Source: Eledone cirrhosa (taxonomy: Eukaryota). Taken from it: a stretch of DNA of 64,000 nucleotides. The stretch covers positions 170,686,001 to 170,750,000 of the forward strand of contig OZ024741.1 in assembly GCA_964016885.1 (NCBI GenBank), in the 5' to 3' direction. A program made the translations under genes and the position numbers. The notes under the pieces were generated by a model, which worked only from the letters and a program-made list of their open reading frames with translations, was not told the origin of the DNA and did not search any database. Shown one piece after another: positions 43,003 through 56,439 of this stretch; the first letter of the stretch is position 1; each line of letters opens with the position of its first letter.

Positions 43003-44048
43003 AGCTAATGGGTACAATTTGTACTACTAGAACGTTTAGGTTTATAATAAAAGTATGAATTAGAAATAGCATGGGGGCAAGAAGAGAATATCTCAGACAT
43101 TCTATTAAGTAAAGATGCGCTAGAGAAGATTATAGAGTGTGTCTCGAGGATACAGAGATTACAAAACTTAGTATGTGTAGAAAGGTGGTTAGAGCGTGCT
43201 ACTAAACGCCAGTTAAGGCTAATGGTATATTAGCTATCTTAAGATCCCAGACATAATGTGCTAAAGAAGTAGAATTCTTAAACTTAACATGCTTGAAATT
43301 AGAGATATGAGAGTTAAACCTAGTCTTAAAAGTGTTAGATATAGAGCCTATATAAGTTCCATTAGAGGAATTAGTTATAACTTCGCAAGCATAGACAATG
43401 TTCTTAGAAAGGCAGTTACCGTTTAAAGGGCAGTTAGCACTCACTCTACAATTGCACTTCCGGGTGTTATTGGTTGACTCAAGTGGTGATGCATAACACG
43501 TAGGATTACTATTAGATAAGGACTGTTCTGGTGGTAATGTATTGCCAGATCTGTTCGGACTAGTAGTATGTAGAGAGGAGAATCCATCCCTAATTTTCCT
43601 ATTGTTAGTGCTAGCTGAATGAGAACTAATATTAGGGGTGGTAGAGAATGAAAGTTTAATAACATTTTTATTAAAAATACTATGGTATTTATGAGAAGGG
43701 GGGAAATTTTTCTCTAAGATAGAGAAAAAAGACCTAGGGATATTAGTTGATACTTACTGATTATATGGCGTTTTAAAATAAGTATTTAATCGCCTTCTAT
43801 TTTTATTCTTACCGACTGTACCATTATCAAATATCCCGCCATCGAGACTAGGGTTACTACAAGGATTAGTTAAAGCCGCATTCATAGAATCAGCCAAAAT
43901 TTCATTAAGTCTATTACAGTTTCTACCTCCAGTAGATCTGCTGCTGTCCGGAATCCCATCATAAGGATCAGGGCCAATGATAGGATCAGTAGGAGCAACA
44001 TTATCAGAATAAGATCCAGCTAAATTATCACCAATGTGTGAGCGCTCA
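43003..44048 (-). pseudogene. Inverted, frameshifted copy of the PLE linker and GIY-YIG domain
   Basis: ORF 43202-43444: CPLNGNCLSKNIVY...TYIGS...KTRFNSH. Confidence 0.9.
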
Positions 44049-46598
44049 TAATAAGAATAGGAAGGACCCCAGGAATAGAACTATTTTTAATAACTATGGC
44101 TTCAAAACTTATAAGAGCCCACCACACAATATTCTGTTAGATAGTTTTGAAAGTGACTTACTCTCTCTTGTCAAAAATATTAGGTGTAGGCCAAATAATA
44201 GACATAGAAATTATAATAATTTTGATAAGTTCCAGTCTAGACTTAAAAATATTGTTAAGGGTTTCGGTGAGAATAAATCCATTCTTGTCCCGGCGGATAA
44301 GACTAAAAATCTATACTCCATGGATTATAGTGCTTACCGCGACTTTATTTATAATGAGCTGCATAGAAACTATAAAAAAACTACACTTGAAAATTTGAAC
44401 CACATCAATAGTGATGGCCTTAGAATTGTCTCTGACCTCGGCCTCGATAAGTATACCCAGCCATATTACCCTCGAGAACCGAGATTCACTCTTAAGGATC
44501 ATAAGGTTGATTTTATTAGTAACCCCTCTGTTAGACTCATCTGTCCTTCTAAGTCTGATATAGCCATTATCAGCAAAAAAATCCTTGACCTTATTATACC
44601 AGATGCTAGAGATAAGGTTAATTTTAACCTATGCGGGAACACTAAGGAAGTTATAGATTGGTTCTCCGGGATTAATAGACTTGAATCTAATAAGTTTATC
44701 CAATTCGATATTGATGCCTACTACACATCAATTTCACCCATCCTCCTCAATAAAGCTTTAATGTTGGCCATGAGAGTGTCCAGCCTTACACGATCACAGG
44801 TAGATATTATACTAGCAGCCCGTAAAACTATTATTAAATTTGAGGACACATTTTGGACCCGTAAAAACACGCCCAACAATTTCGACGTCACAATGGGTTC
44901 GAGTGATTCGGCCCAGGTTACTGATCTTGTTGGGTTGTTCCTCCTTAATGAACTATATGCTACCTTCCCGCACCTTATAGGCGGACTATATCGTGATGAT
45001 GCATTGTTTGTAATTAACTCTAGCACCAACAATCTAGAACATAATAAGAAGAAGCTTTATAAGTTTTTTAAAAGCTATAAACCTTCGATCACGATAGATA
45101 GAAATGATAGAGCGGTTAACTTTTTAGATGTGACTTTGGACTTGGTCACTGATAGTTTTAAACCCTTCCATAAGCCTAATGAAATACTTTCTTATGTTAG
45201 TCTCAATTCTAACCACCCCAGGTCTATGATAAGCTCTATAATTAAGGGTTATCTAATAGGATTTCCACACTCTCTAAGGACGTAGGAACATTTAATGAAC
45301 ATGCGGAGTACTATAATAATGCCCTAGCAAATTCAGGTTACTCTAGTAAAATACACTATAATAATAGTAACCTTAGAAAGTCTCCGTCTACTTTTAGTAA
45401 TAATAACATAATATCACATAACATGGCCATGAATGGGAGTAGCAAACATTGTAACCGTAAAAATTATATAGGTGTATCTGAACCCACCCATAAGTTAACC
45501 CACCGAACCCGCAATAGTGAATATAATACCCCTAGGAAACAAGTTGAACCCCCTGAGCGCTCACACATTGGTGATAATTTAGCTGGATCTTATTCTGATA
45601 ATGTTGCTCCTACTGATCCTATCATTGGCCCTGATCCTTATGAGGGGATTCCGGACAGCAGCAAATCTACTGGAGGTAGAAACTGTAATAGACTTAATGA
45701 AATTTTGGCTGATTCTATGAATGCGGTTTTAACTAATCCTTGTAGTAACCCTAGTCTCGATGGTGGGATATTTGATAATGGTAGAGTCGGTAAGAATAAA
45801 AATAGAAGGCGATTAAATACTTATTTTAACCCGCTATATAATCAGGAAGTATCAACTAATATCCCTAGGTCTTTCTTCCCTATCTTAGAGAAAAATTTCC
45901 CCCCTTCTCATAAATACCATAGTATTTTTAATAAAAATGTTATTAAACTTTCATTCTCTACCACCCCTAATATTAGTTCTCATTTAGCTAGCACTAACAA
46001 TTGGAAAATTAGGGATGGATTCTCCTCTCTACATACTACTAGTCCGAACAGATCTGACAATACATTACCACCAGAACAGTCCTTATCTAATAGTAATCCT
46101 ACGTGTAATGCATCACCACTTGAGTCAACCAATAACACCCGGAAGTGCAATTGTAGAGTGAGTGCTAACTGCCCTTTAAACGGTAACTGCCTTTCTAAGA
46201 ACATTGTCTATGCTTGCGAAGTTATAACTAATTCCTCTAATGGAACTTATATAGGCTCTATATCTAACACTTTTAAGACTAGGTTTAACTCTTATATCTC
46301 TAATTTCAAGCATGTTAAGTTTAAGAATTCTACTTCTTTAGCACATTATGTCTGGGATCTTAAGATAGCTAATATACCATATAGCCTTAACTGGCGTTTA
46401 GTAGCACGCTCTAACCACCTTTCTACACATACTAAGTTTTGTAATCTCTGTATCCTCGAGACACACTCTATAATCTTCTCTAGCGCATCTTTACTTAATA
46501 GAAAGTCTGAGATATTCTCTTCTTGCCCCCATGCTATTTCTAATACATACTTTTATTATAAACCTAAACGTTCTAGTAGTACAAATTGTACCCATTAG
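44049..46598 (+). pseudogene. PLE reverse transcriptase plus GIY-YIG endonuclease, 5'-truncated, one frameshift at ~45247
   Basis: FIQFDIDAYYTSI, FDVTMGSSDSAQ, LYRDD, VNFLDV, SNHP; after the frameshift LSNRISTLS...ALANSGY runs in frame into YFNP...CNCR-CPLNGNC-IVY-YIG-R-CNLC-E-LLNRKSE-CPH. Confidence 0.93.
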
Positions 46599-47407
46599 CT
46601 GATATATTCCATTATTTATTTTTTAGTTTAGGTCTTTTTGTTTGCCAACATTATTGTTAACATCATTATTATCATTGGTTTTTGATGACTCTTCATTCTA
46701 GCTCTCATAATCTTTTGGCTACTGTACCATATCTATCTTCTTACGCATTAAATTTTCACTGTTACACCTTATGAATGTATATAAGATTATATATTTTACG
46801 CTATTCATTTTTTTATTCTTATTTTTATTTTTATTCTTATTCGGATTCTTCTTTGGACCCCCCCCCCCCCCCCCTTCAACCCCCCGTTCAACCCCCCCCC
46901 CTCAACCCCCCTCCCCCACATGCGCACATAAACTTATTGTCAACCCCTCCAAATTGACTATGATTATATTATATTTAACCCGCCCCTCTTTTACGCTCCT
47001 TTCTATTATGTAATATTGTATATCGACTATATTTTATGCCCCTTTGCATCCTCCATACATTTCTTCATTTCTGTCCCTATTAGCCTACCTTAATTCTGCT
47101 TAAGTCAGTTCTTTGGATATCGTTATGTATATGATAATAAAAAAATTTCATTCCTTTTTGTAAACATTTGGAACGAAATATTAACGTTTATAAACTTTAA
47201 TGACTTAAACTATAGTTAATATTATACTGTCTTATTGGATAGTTTAAATATGTTTAATATTAACTTATCAAATAGGGTTTTCGAGTCATTTACAGGGGTT
47301 GTGTACTCAATACTTAAGGTAGTAGAGTGGGTAATAGGAACCAGTAAGACCCCGACAGCTGAGCTCAAGCCGTTTCGACGGCTAATCCCTGTATTATTGA
47401 TAACGCA

Positions 47408-47525
47408 CTGAGTTCAAATCCCGCCGAGGTTAACTTTGCCTTTCATCCTTACGGGGTCGATAAAATAAAGTACCAGTAATGTACTGGGTAATTGCTGGCC
47501 TTGTGCCTAAAGTAGAAACAATTAT
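47408..47525 (+). mobile_element. 5'-truncated family A SINE with 17-bp TSD, inserted in an H7 fragment
   Basis: attattgataacgcact on both sides. Confidence 0.9.
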
Positions 47526-47570
47526 TGATAACGCACTATATATCTCTCTCTGGTGTGTTACCTTTTCAAC

Positions 47571-47612
<42 letters not shown>

Positions 47613-47620
<8 letters not shown>

Positions 47621-48645
47621 GTTGAAAAGGTAACACACCAGAGAGAGAGATATAGTGCGTTATCAATAATACAGGGAAAAAACCACCAGCGTATGGAATC
47701 TATAACCTATGAAAGGCAGACTATAGACACGATAATTAAAAATATAAATTAAAGCGTAAATAAATACCTCTATAACAATATAACACACGTACAAATCCAA
47801 AGATATGTTTCACCAAAAATTTGTTGAAAGAAATGGTCTTGTCTCGGTTTATCAGCGTGTGTAAGGCTATACATTTCAGACAACACTAAGATAATTTTAA
47901 AATTGACTGTCCAGCTACACGTGGGAGAGAGAAGTCACAGCGTGTTTAAGGGCAATGAACCAGTGGCTTCTGAGGGACGAACTGCTAGAAAGGGCAGCCC
48001 AAAGCCACTCAGAGATGTGTGCTCAACTAAAGAGCTCAGGATCTCTTCTCCTTTGAGCACACTATTTACAGGGAATAGCGAGGGCTTATGCCTCCGTTAA
48101 TTTATCGTGATATTTCGCTCCTAATAACAGTCTTTCCTATCTCTGTTTGGTTGAGCACACTTCTCTGAGTGGCTTTGGGCTGCTCTTTCTAGCAGTTCGT
48201 CCCTCAGAGGCCACTGGTTCACTGCCCTTAAACACGCTGTGACTTCTCTCTCCCACGTGTAGCTGGACAGTCAATTTTAAAATTCTCTTAGTGTTCTCTG
48301 AAATGTATAGCCTTACACACGCTGATGAACCGAGACTAGACCATTTCTTTCAACAAATTTTTGGTGAAACATATCTTTGGATTTGTACGTGTGTTATATT
48401 GTTATAGAGGTATTTATTTACGCTTTAATTTATATTTTTAATTATCGTGTCTATAGTCTGCCTTTCATAGGTTATAGATTCCATACGCTGGTGGTTTTTT
48501 CCCTGTATTATTGATAACGCACTATATATCTCTCTCTGGTGTGTTACCTTTTCAATATATTGTATTTTAAAGAGCTCAGGATCTCTTCTCCTTTGAGCAC
48601 ACTATTTACAGGGAATAGCGAGGGCCTATGCCTCCGTTAATTTAT

Positions 48646-48650
<5 letters not shown>
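47613..48650 (+). mobile_element. Family H7: inverted arm, tail repeat and ~540-bp unit
   Basis: 47613-48026 is inverted relative to ~48150-48565; 48027-48110 repeated at 48568-48650; (TA)n on both sides. Confidence 0.9.
48315..48394 (+). ncRNA. Type I hammerhead ribozyme (H7); mirror copy 47783-47862 has CTGATAA
   Basis: acacacg CTGATGA accgaga...ttttggt GAA ACA tatctttggatt TGT A cgtgtgt. Confidence 0.88.
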
Positions 48651-48692
<42 letters not shown>

Positions 48693-48694
<2 letters not shown>

Positions 48695-49050
48695 AATCAC
48701 ATGAATCAAAGTTCTGTTCAAACCATTTATTAGCTTACGATTGTTTCGTCCAAACCGAGGTATGGTGTCTTCGGAGCAATGTTTTCAATGATTGTTTACA
48801 TACATGACCTCCTTTCCAAAACAAGAGACGTACAGAAACATATGTATATATCGATGCACAGTGGGGTGACTTTGATTCATGTGATTTCTATATAACTGCT
48901 CTGTAGAACAACTGATGTTATTACATTGAGCTATTTATCTTACTGGTAATAAGGTAGTAATAAATTACTGTCTTTCACTGTTTAGGGTTTAAAATATATA
49001 TAACTATAAAAAGTTTTAGTATATACATAACCATAAATAATATCCTTAAT
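48693..49050. mobile_element. Foldback element with decayed hammerhead (48733-48777, minus strand)
   Basis: gct CCGAAGA...GAAACaatcGTA agc; 20-bp inverted ends 48693-48712 and 48870-48889; GCTC/GAGC 48898-48931. Confidence 0.7.
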
Positions 49051-49132
49051 ACTATATATATATATATATATGTATGTGTATGTATGTATATATATACATA
49101 CTACTGTGCGTCTGTACACATATATGTATGTA

Positions 49133-49163
<31 letters not shown>

Positions 49164-49165
<2 letters not shown>

Positions 49166-49399
49166 CTTTCACCGTATTTTTGACTAAAGGAATTTTAGCC
49201 TGATAATGGGGTTTAGAACCCTCGGATAAATGGAAAAAGATGAGTATTGACGTACATGGGACGTCAATACTCATCTTTTTCCATTTATCTGAGGGTTCTA
49301 AACCCCATTATCAGGCTAAAATTCCTTTAGTCAAAAATACGGTGTAAGCTATATATTTTCTAATTACAAACCTGCTCACTGTTTCAAAACATACTTACT

Positions 49400-49400
<1 letters not shown>
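49164..49400. repeat. ~190-bp near-perfect palindrome in (TA)n
   Basis: Arms 49164-49253 and 49260-49350. Confidence 0.9.
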
Positions 49401-49433
<33 letters not shown>

Positions 49434-49475
49434 CAATATATTAATAAATGGAAACTATATTGATAAAACCATATT

Positions 49476-49540
49476 TATTTTATTATATATATTTCAAGGG
49501 CAACCAAGAAAATTATGGTGCGCTTTCATCATATAAAATA
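49476..49540 (-). ncRNA. Hammerhead with a C3A core mutation
   Basis: tattttat ATGATGA aagcgcacca...tggttgccctt GAA ATATATAT A ataaaata. Confidence 0.7.
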
Positions 49541-49974
49541 CAGATTTGTTTTATAAATAAATATTGACATACCCGGAAAAAAGCAACCTTAACGGTTGGA
49601 GCTTCCTGGAGAGCGGAGATAATATTTTATTGAGAGTAATACAAAGTTATGAGTGAGTATGCAAATGAGTGTCCGTAAAGTTGAAAAGATAACGGTTTAT
49701 TTAAATTAAACTGTTGGAAGAAGAGGATATGTAAGGGAGAGAGATAAGAAAAAGAAAAGGAAGGAGAAAGAGAGAAGAGAAAAGAAAGAATGATTATACA
49801 TAGTGATAGTGAAGATGGTCAAGAGTGAACGAAGAAATAAATATTAATGGAAGAGTATAGAGCGTAAATATATCTAAGTGAAAGAAGAAGTGAAAGAAGA
49901 AATAAGATTAACGTGGAAGAATAATATTTCAAAGACTTTTTCAATAATATTTCAAAAAATTATATATATATAGT

Positions 49975-51620
49975 CTAGAAAGTTCTGTCGTTGCACATCT
50001 GCAACATCGTCAGTGGTGCTATTATGTTCCTCCTGTTGTATTGTATATCTACGCCATCTTTATTTAATCTGTTTATTTATTTATTTATTTATTTTTGTCT
50101 TCTTCTCTGCGCATGCGTTTGCGTGTGTGTATAGTGTTTGGCATGTTCGCTTTTGGGTGAATGTGTTCTGGTTATTTTATTCTATCTTAGTTTACTAGTG
50201 TGTGTGTTTATATGTGTTTGTTGTTATTGTGCCTGTGTATATATATATTTATTTATTTGTTTATATTTCTATTATGTCAGTATTGTTTGTTTGGGTGTTG
50301 TTATTCCATTTATTTTTTCTGTTTAGCTTTGGTCTTCTAAGTTCTATTTCACTTGCCTCTCTCATTTGCCGATATGCTGGGTCATTTCTATGTTTAGATA
50401 TTATTTTAATTTCTATGTTGTCTATGTTACCGTCATGCCATTGTCTGGCGTGTTCGTATAGTACAGAACCGTTTTTTCGTCCTTTTAGTTCCCCACAGTG
50501 TTGGTCTATCCTTTCACCTATGCTACGAGCTGTCTTGCCTATGTATGTTGTTGACATATTTCTGCAAGTACCCTCTGTACATCTTATGCTATAGACTACT
50601 TTCTAGTTTTACAGTTTATCCGGGGGTTTACTTTACATATAATACATTTCCTATTAGTACAGTGGGTTTTCCTAAAAGGGTATGTTTTGCTGATCAGGAA
50701 TTTTATGGTAGTTCCTGGCTTTTCTACCACCTTAATGTTTAAGTGGCTATTTCTCAAGGCCTTTCTACACTAGTTAGCTAATTTCCCTCCAAGGGTAGCG
50801 TCCACGAACATGACGCTCTGGTATCTCTGGTTGTCGTACCATGAGGTGGCTTTCCCTATCTTATGTCTAGTCCTATCTAAGCTATTCCATGATTTGCTCC
50901 TGTATAATGGGCAAATTATTTCATGTCCAGTTCTATTAGGGTCTTATACTTCTCCGTGGCTCCTTCGTATACTCTGATTCTGTCTCTTTGGTTGTAGCCA
51001 GAGAACTGCATGCGGTTGATGAAGTGTTGGGTGGTTTTTCCATTTCTGTTGGGACGCACATGCGGGACACGTTCTTCATCACTCGTACCAAGACTGCGAT
51101 CAGAATATTAAACTTAGCAGTACTGGACATTGCTGAGTTTTTGAGTATCAGGTTTTGGAGGCCATGGGTGTAGCGTAGTGTGAGTGGACAATTTGGGCCC
51201 CCTCGTCTATAGTGTTAATCCAGAGTTCCGTGTCTAATACAGGCAGTCTACTGTTAGGGTGTTTGGAAGGGTAGTCGATAGTTACAGTTATACTCTTGTA
51301 TATGGTGTTAGCTATCTGCTGGATGCTTTCCATTGTGCTATATTCCAAATCATACTTGTTAGTACTCTCTTGTGGGGGTTTCCTTATTATTATATTAATG
51401 TCGTCTACGTAACCAGAGTACATGATGAGGTCTATGGAGCTCTCATCGAGGAGATCTTTGAGTCGCCTTTCCCACCATACCATAAAAAGGTTGGCAACGT
51501 CACCAGATATGCTGACGCCAATGGCTGCTCTCTCATTTTGGGTGTAGATCTTCTCATTGAATTTTAATATGTGGCCCTTTAGGGTAGTTTTAGTACTATC
51601 CCCTATTGCTTGTGCGAACA
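49975..51620 (-). mobile_element. Second, decayed Penelope-like element (RT 3' half, GIY-YIG and 3' UTR)
   Basis: IYTQ...AIG...VANLFM, YVDD, LPVLD; YIGKTARSIGERIDQH...RQMREASEI...LNRK; decayed hammerhead ~49980-50015. Confidence 0.88.
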
Positions 51621-51915
51621 AATATATATATATATATATTAAATGTATAAATTGTGTTAGAAACTCAAAATAGTCTCTTACAACAAAATAGCTCTAAGAA
51701 AGAGATATTTCTGAGCCGTATATTATAATAGAATATAAATGAAAAGCGAACACAGATATATAGATATATGTGTTCAAATCGTAAGGGACCTTATTCGCTA
51801 AGCTGAACAGACTACTAACTATAGACAATTGGGTGTGCCTGTCTCAATTTAAGCATATCTGGTGACGTTCCCAATTAAGAAAATAAATACAAACCGGAAT
51901 TGTGGTAACTACCAA

Positions 51916-51991
51916 TCACCCAGACAACTTGATGTTGTTTCGCAAAATTAATTGTGAATAGAAATACTAATCCAAGCTCATCAGTGGGTAA
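51916..51991 (-). ncRNA. Type I hammerhead ribozyme in non-coding element ~51640-52330
   Basis: ttaccca CTGATGA gc...gc GAA ACAAC atcaa GTTGT C tgggtga; GCTC/GAGC hairpin at 51691-51716. Confidence 0.82.
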
Positions 51992-52734
51992 TGAATTAGT
52001 ATCCTCAACACATCTATGTATGCTAAATATAAGAAATAATAAAACAGCACACATGGTATCCTAGTGAGTCTCACAAACCCACACCACTAGAAATAGCAGC
52101 CAGGCATACTTTCCGATTGAGTGAGTGAAAGTGTGAGGAAGCGGCCAGCCGAGAGAGTGTGACCAGCAGAGGAGGTGAATGAAAGCAAGAGGTACAAGGC
52201 GAGAGAAAGAGGATAGCAGTAAGGTGATAGAAAAAGACAAACCACAACGAGGGGAAAAATTATATATGAATAAAAAAAAAGGCGTGGTCCGTTATTGCGA
52301 GTGTGATACATATGAATGAAAAATAGAGCGAGAAACAGGACTGTCCATCATCAGTGATCTTCTGACTATAATCGATATTTCTTCGCATTAAAGACCAGAT
52401 ACCTCAAAATCCGTGCGAGCAATAACTAAAATAAGTTATTGGGACAGAGCGAAATGGGTGGAGAAAGAGGGACAGTAAACAAACAAAAGTAATAATGCAA
52501 CGTAAAGAGAGGAAATGAGAGACAAGTCAATGATACATATGAACTTATGTTCACATGTATCATTGACTTGAAATAATAATAAAACTTGGGCATGTGTCGA
52601 AGATGTAGCCGCAACATACCAGGTACCAATCGAGTTGTTTGGGGCACTCTCAGCGCACTCAATGGAGCGAGAAGTTAAACATTATCATTCAGATTAAACA
52701 CAACAGTTAATAAAGTGTGACACCATGAAAAACG

Positions 52735-52784
<50 letters not shown>

Positions 52785-52786
<2 letters not shown>

Positions 52787-52985
52787 CGAAAGAAGGAAGT
52801 GAGGTAAGGTACCAGATGGACCATAACGCACCAGAGTACTCAATACTTATGGTAGTAGAGTGGGTAATAGGAAAATGTTTAACTCCGATGGCAGAGCTCG
52901 AGCCGTTTACACGGCTATTTCTGGACTCCAGAAATAGCCGTCGAAACGGCTTGAGCTCTGCCGTCAGGGTTAAGCATTTTCCTGT
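52785..52985. mobile_element. Family H8 foldback
   Basis: Palindrome 52870-52983 containing GAA ACGGC ttgagctct GCCGT C; ACTC/GAGT 52838-52861. Confidence 0.8.
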
Positions 52986-53455
52986 ATATATATATTTCGT
53001 TTCTGAATTTGTTTAACAAGATTCTTTATCTGAAACCGATATTGTTATACTTTGGGAGGGTGCGTGTGTTTCTTATTGGCAACATGACCCTCCCAAAGTA
53101 TAACAATATATATATATATAAACCATGAGAAGAAAGATACAGACCGTCAAGATACAGACCGTCCGACGTGAGTGAGATGTGAGCAAGAAGAGAACCCACT
53201 ACTAGCCAAACGGGAGGAAGTGAGAAGGGGAGAAACAGAGAGTGAGTGAGTGGAAGTGCGAGGAAGAGGTCAGTCGAGAGAAAGTGTAACTGACAGAGGG
53301 GGCGAAAGAAGGTGAGAGCAACAGAGAGAACGGGGAAGCAGTAAGAGAAAAACAGACAAACGCAGCCGAGGTAAATATATATAAAAAACATGAGAAGAAA
53401 GAAGAATACTACGTGGTTGCACATGGGTTACATATGATAAAAATAGTCCTTCGTC

Positions 53456-53586
<131 letters not shown>

Positions 53587-54012
53587 TGTGTATATTTATG
53601 TTCTATACGTGTTGCTTTTATTTAATACCATCTATCATAAAGGTAATTATGTCTATTCCTAATTGTTCACATTTATACGTGCACGTGGTTGTATCCTGTT
53701 GTTGTTATAGTGTTAATATATCTAGTCAAACACACGCACACCACACACACTCTCACACACACATCACAAAATCTCTTATATATATATTGTATAATTTTTG
53801 GAGTGTTAAGTGAATTATGAACTTTGTATGTTAGCTTAACGTAAGCTGCTTTCAATTTTCAATGCAGCTTTTTATTACTATGAAATATAGTATATCCTCT
53901 TGGGCATATAAGCCAATTTCTCCGTTTTTAAGGGGCTTACATTACCAACTTATTGGTCTATTTTTCATAGCAAAACACCCTACCTCGAAAGGAGCTAACA
54001 TACATTCAAATG

Positions 54013-54330
<318 letters not shown>

Positions 54331-54405
54331 TGACGAGAGTGAGAGAGTAAGAGAGAGTAAGAGAGTGAGATGTAGAGAAATAGAGAGGGGGGGGTAGATA
54401 AAAAA

Positions 54406-54620
54406 ATGACTAGGATGAGTGGTTTAAGTATGTCTACAGACTACTCGATTCCTGGGTTGCGTGTTGTGTTCTTGAGCAAAACCCTTCATTTCACGTTGCT
54501 CCACTCAGCTGAAACTGAGTATCAGCGATGGGCTGGCGTCCTGTCAAGAGGGGAGTCTTGTACTCTCAGTCCCTTCACGCCATGCAACTGGGATAAGCAA
54601 CGGTCAAATGAGCATGAACT
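54406..54620 (+). mobile_element. Family B-related SINE (V-SINE-like body)
   Basis: tgtgttcttgagcaaaacccttcatttcacgttgctcc and gcgatgggctggcgtcctgtc. Confidence 0.65.
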
Positions 54621-54644
54621 GGTTTAAAACAGACTTTAGAGTTA

Positions 54645-56121
54645 CACCCGCTCCGTAGATGAATTTGAACTTCGAAACTTAAATATGTTTCGCAACGATG
54701 GTACATGAATTGAAAAATAAAGTGAATTGAAATGGAATTGAAATAAAAAGTGAAATATCCAAATCTTCTGGGCTTATCAACAAGAATCCAGTAAAATTAG
54801 TATATTTCGCCATCAAAAATCGTGCAGGTCTGACTACCCGTGTGTGTAGCCAGGCCAAACTAGCCGTCCCGCATTCCCGGTGCTAGAAATAACAGCCGTT
54901 TATGCGGGATTAAAGATCAGCTCTACAGTTAAGGAGCAATATACTATATTATATTTTGTGATTAAACTCTCAGTCGTTTACAATAAATCAGCTCCAGGAA
55001 AGGGGCATTTCCGAGCAGTTAAATACATTAATATATATGATAAACACAAAACGTGTTTGCATTGTAAGAGACAAAGTTAGCTACCAATGAAATAAACTAA
55101 TTAAAGTGAATACAATTTGTCTGTCTCGATATAAGTCAATAAAGACAAGCTTATATTGGCAAAGGCCGTGATTCCTGGACAAATCCAAATTTCAAAATCC
55201 AAACCCGCTCCGTAGATGAATTTGAACTTGTACCATCGTTGTACTCATGTACCATCGTTGCGAAACATATTTAAGTTTCGAAGTTCAAAATAATCTACGG
55301 AGCGGGTTTGGATTTTGAAATTTGGATTTGTCCAGGAATCACGGCTTTGCCAATATAAGCTTGTCTTTATTGACTTATATCGAGACAGACAAATTGTATT
55401 CACTTTAATTAGTTTATTTCATTGGTAGCTAACTTTGTCTCTTACAATGCAAACACGTTTTGTGTTTATCATATATATTAATGTATTTTACTGCTCGGAA
55501 ATGCCCCTTTCTTGGAGCTGTTTTATTATAAACGACTGAGAGTTTAATCACAAAATATAATATAGTATATTGCTCCTTAACTGTAGAGCGGATCTTTAAT
55601 CCCGCATAAACGGCTGTTATTTCTAGCACCGGGAATGCGGGACGGCTAGTTTGGCCTGGCTACACACACGTGTAGTCAGACCTGCACAATTTTTGATGGT
55701 GAAATATACTAATTTTACTGGATTCCTGTTGATAAGCACAGAAGATTTGATAATTTCACTTTTTATTTCAATTCCATTTCGATTCTCTTTATTTTTCAAT
55801 TCATGTACCATCGTTGCGAAATATATTTAAGTTTCTAAGTTCAAATTCATCTACGGAGCGGGTTTGGATTTTGAAATTTGGATTTGTCCAGGAATCACGG
55901 CCTTTGCCAATATAAGCTTGTCTTTATTGACTTATATCGAGACAGACAAATTGTATTCACTTTAATTAGTTTATTTCAATGATAGCTAACTTTGTCTCTT
56001 ACAATGCAAATACGTTTTGTGTTTATCATATATATTAATGTATTTAACTGCTCGGAAATGCCCCTTTCTTGGAGCTGATTTATTGAAAACGACTGAGAGT
56101 TTAAACTCAAAATATAATATA

Positions 56122-56125
<4 letters not shown>
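54645..56125. mobile_element. ~555-bp unit: one copy plus ~1.6 inverted tandem copies
   Basis: 54645-55229 is inverted against 55246-56125; GCTC/GAGC 55572-55589; no convincing hammerhead found. Confidence 0.85.
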
Positions 56126-56157
<32 letters not shown>

Positions 56158-56394
56158 TGAAACAAAATGAAAACGAAATTTCATTTCTCACTCTTAGTAT
56201 GGCACTTACTTAAATGTAAGTATGCATGTATACGTACATACATATATGTATACAGACGTACAGTAGCATGCACATATATATATATATATACATATATACA
56301 TACATATGCATACAGGTACACATACATATATGCACGTATCAGTTTAGCGGCGCTTATTATAACGTCGCTTTGTTCGTATGTAAACAGATGGGTA

Positions 56395-56439
56395 AACGGT
56401 GCTGATGATAGCTAACAAGCTTGAAACTAGTACATCGTT
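56395..56439 (+). ncRNA. Minimal hammerhead (H1) within foldback 56155-56685
   Basis: aacggtg CTGATGA tagctaacaagctt GAA ACTAGT A catcgtt. Confidence 0.92.

Larger units (their letters stand above)
41136..47302. mobile_element. Penelope-like retroelement (Hydra-clade-like) as a tail-out palindrome
   Basis: 42353-44048 is the reverse complement of 45554-47302; RT lies in the spacer; the left arm continues through a long 3' UTR to a hammerhead and (TA)n. Confidence 0.93.
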
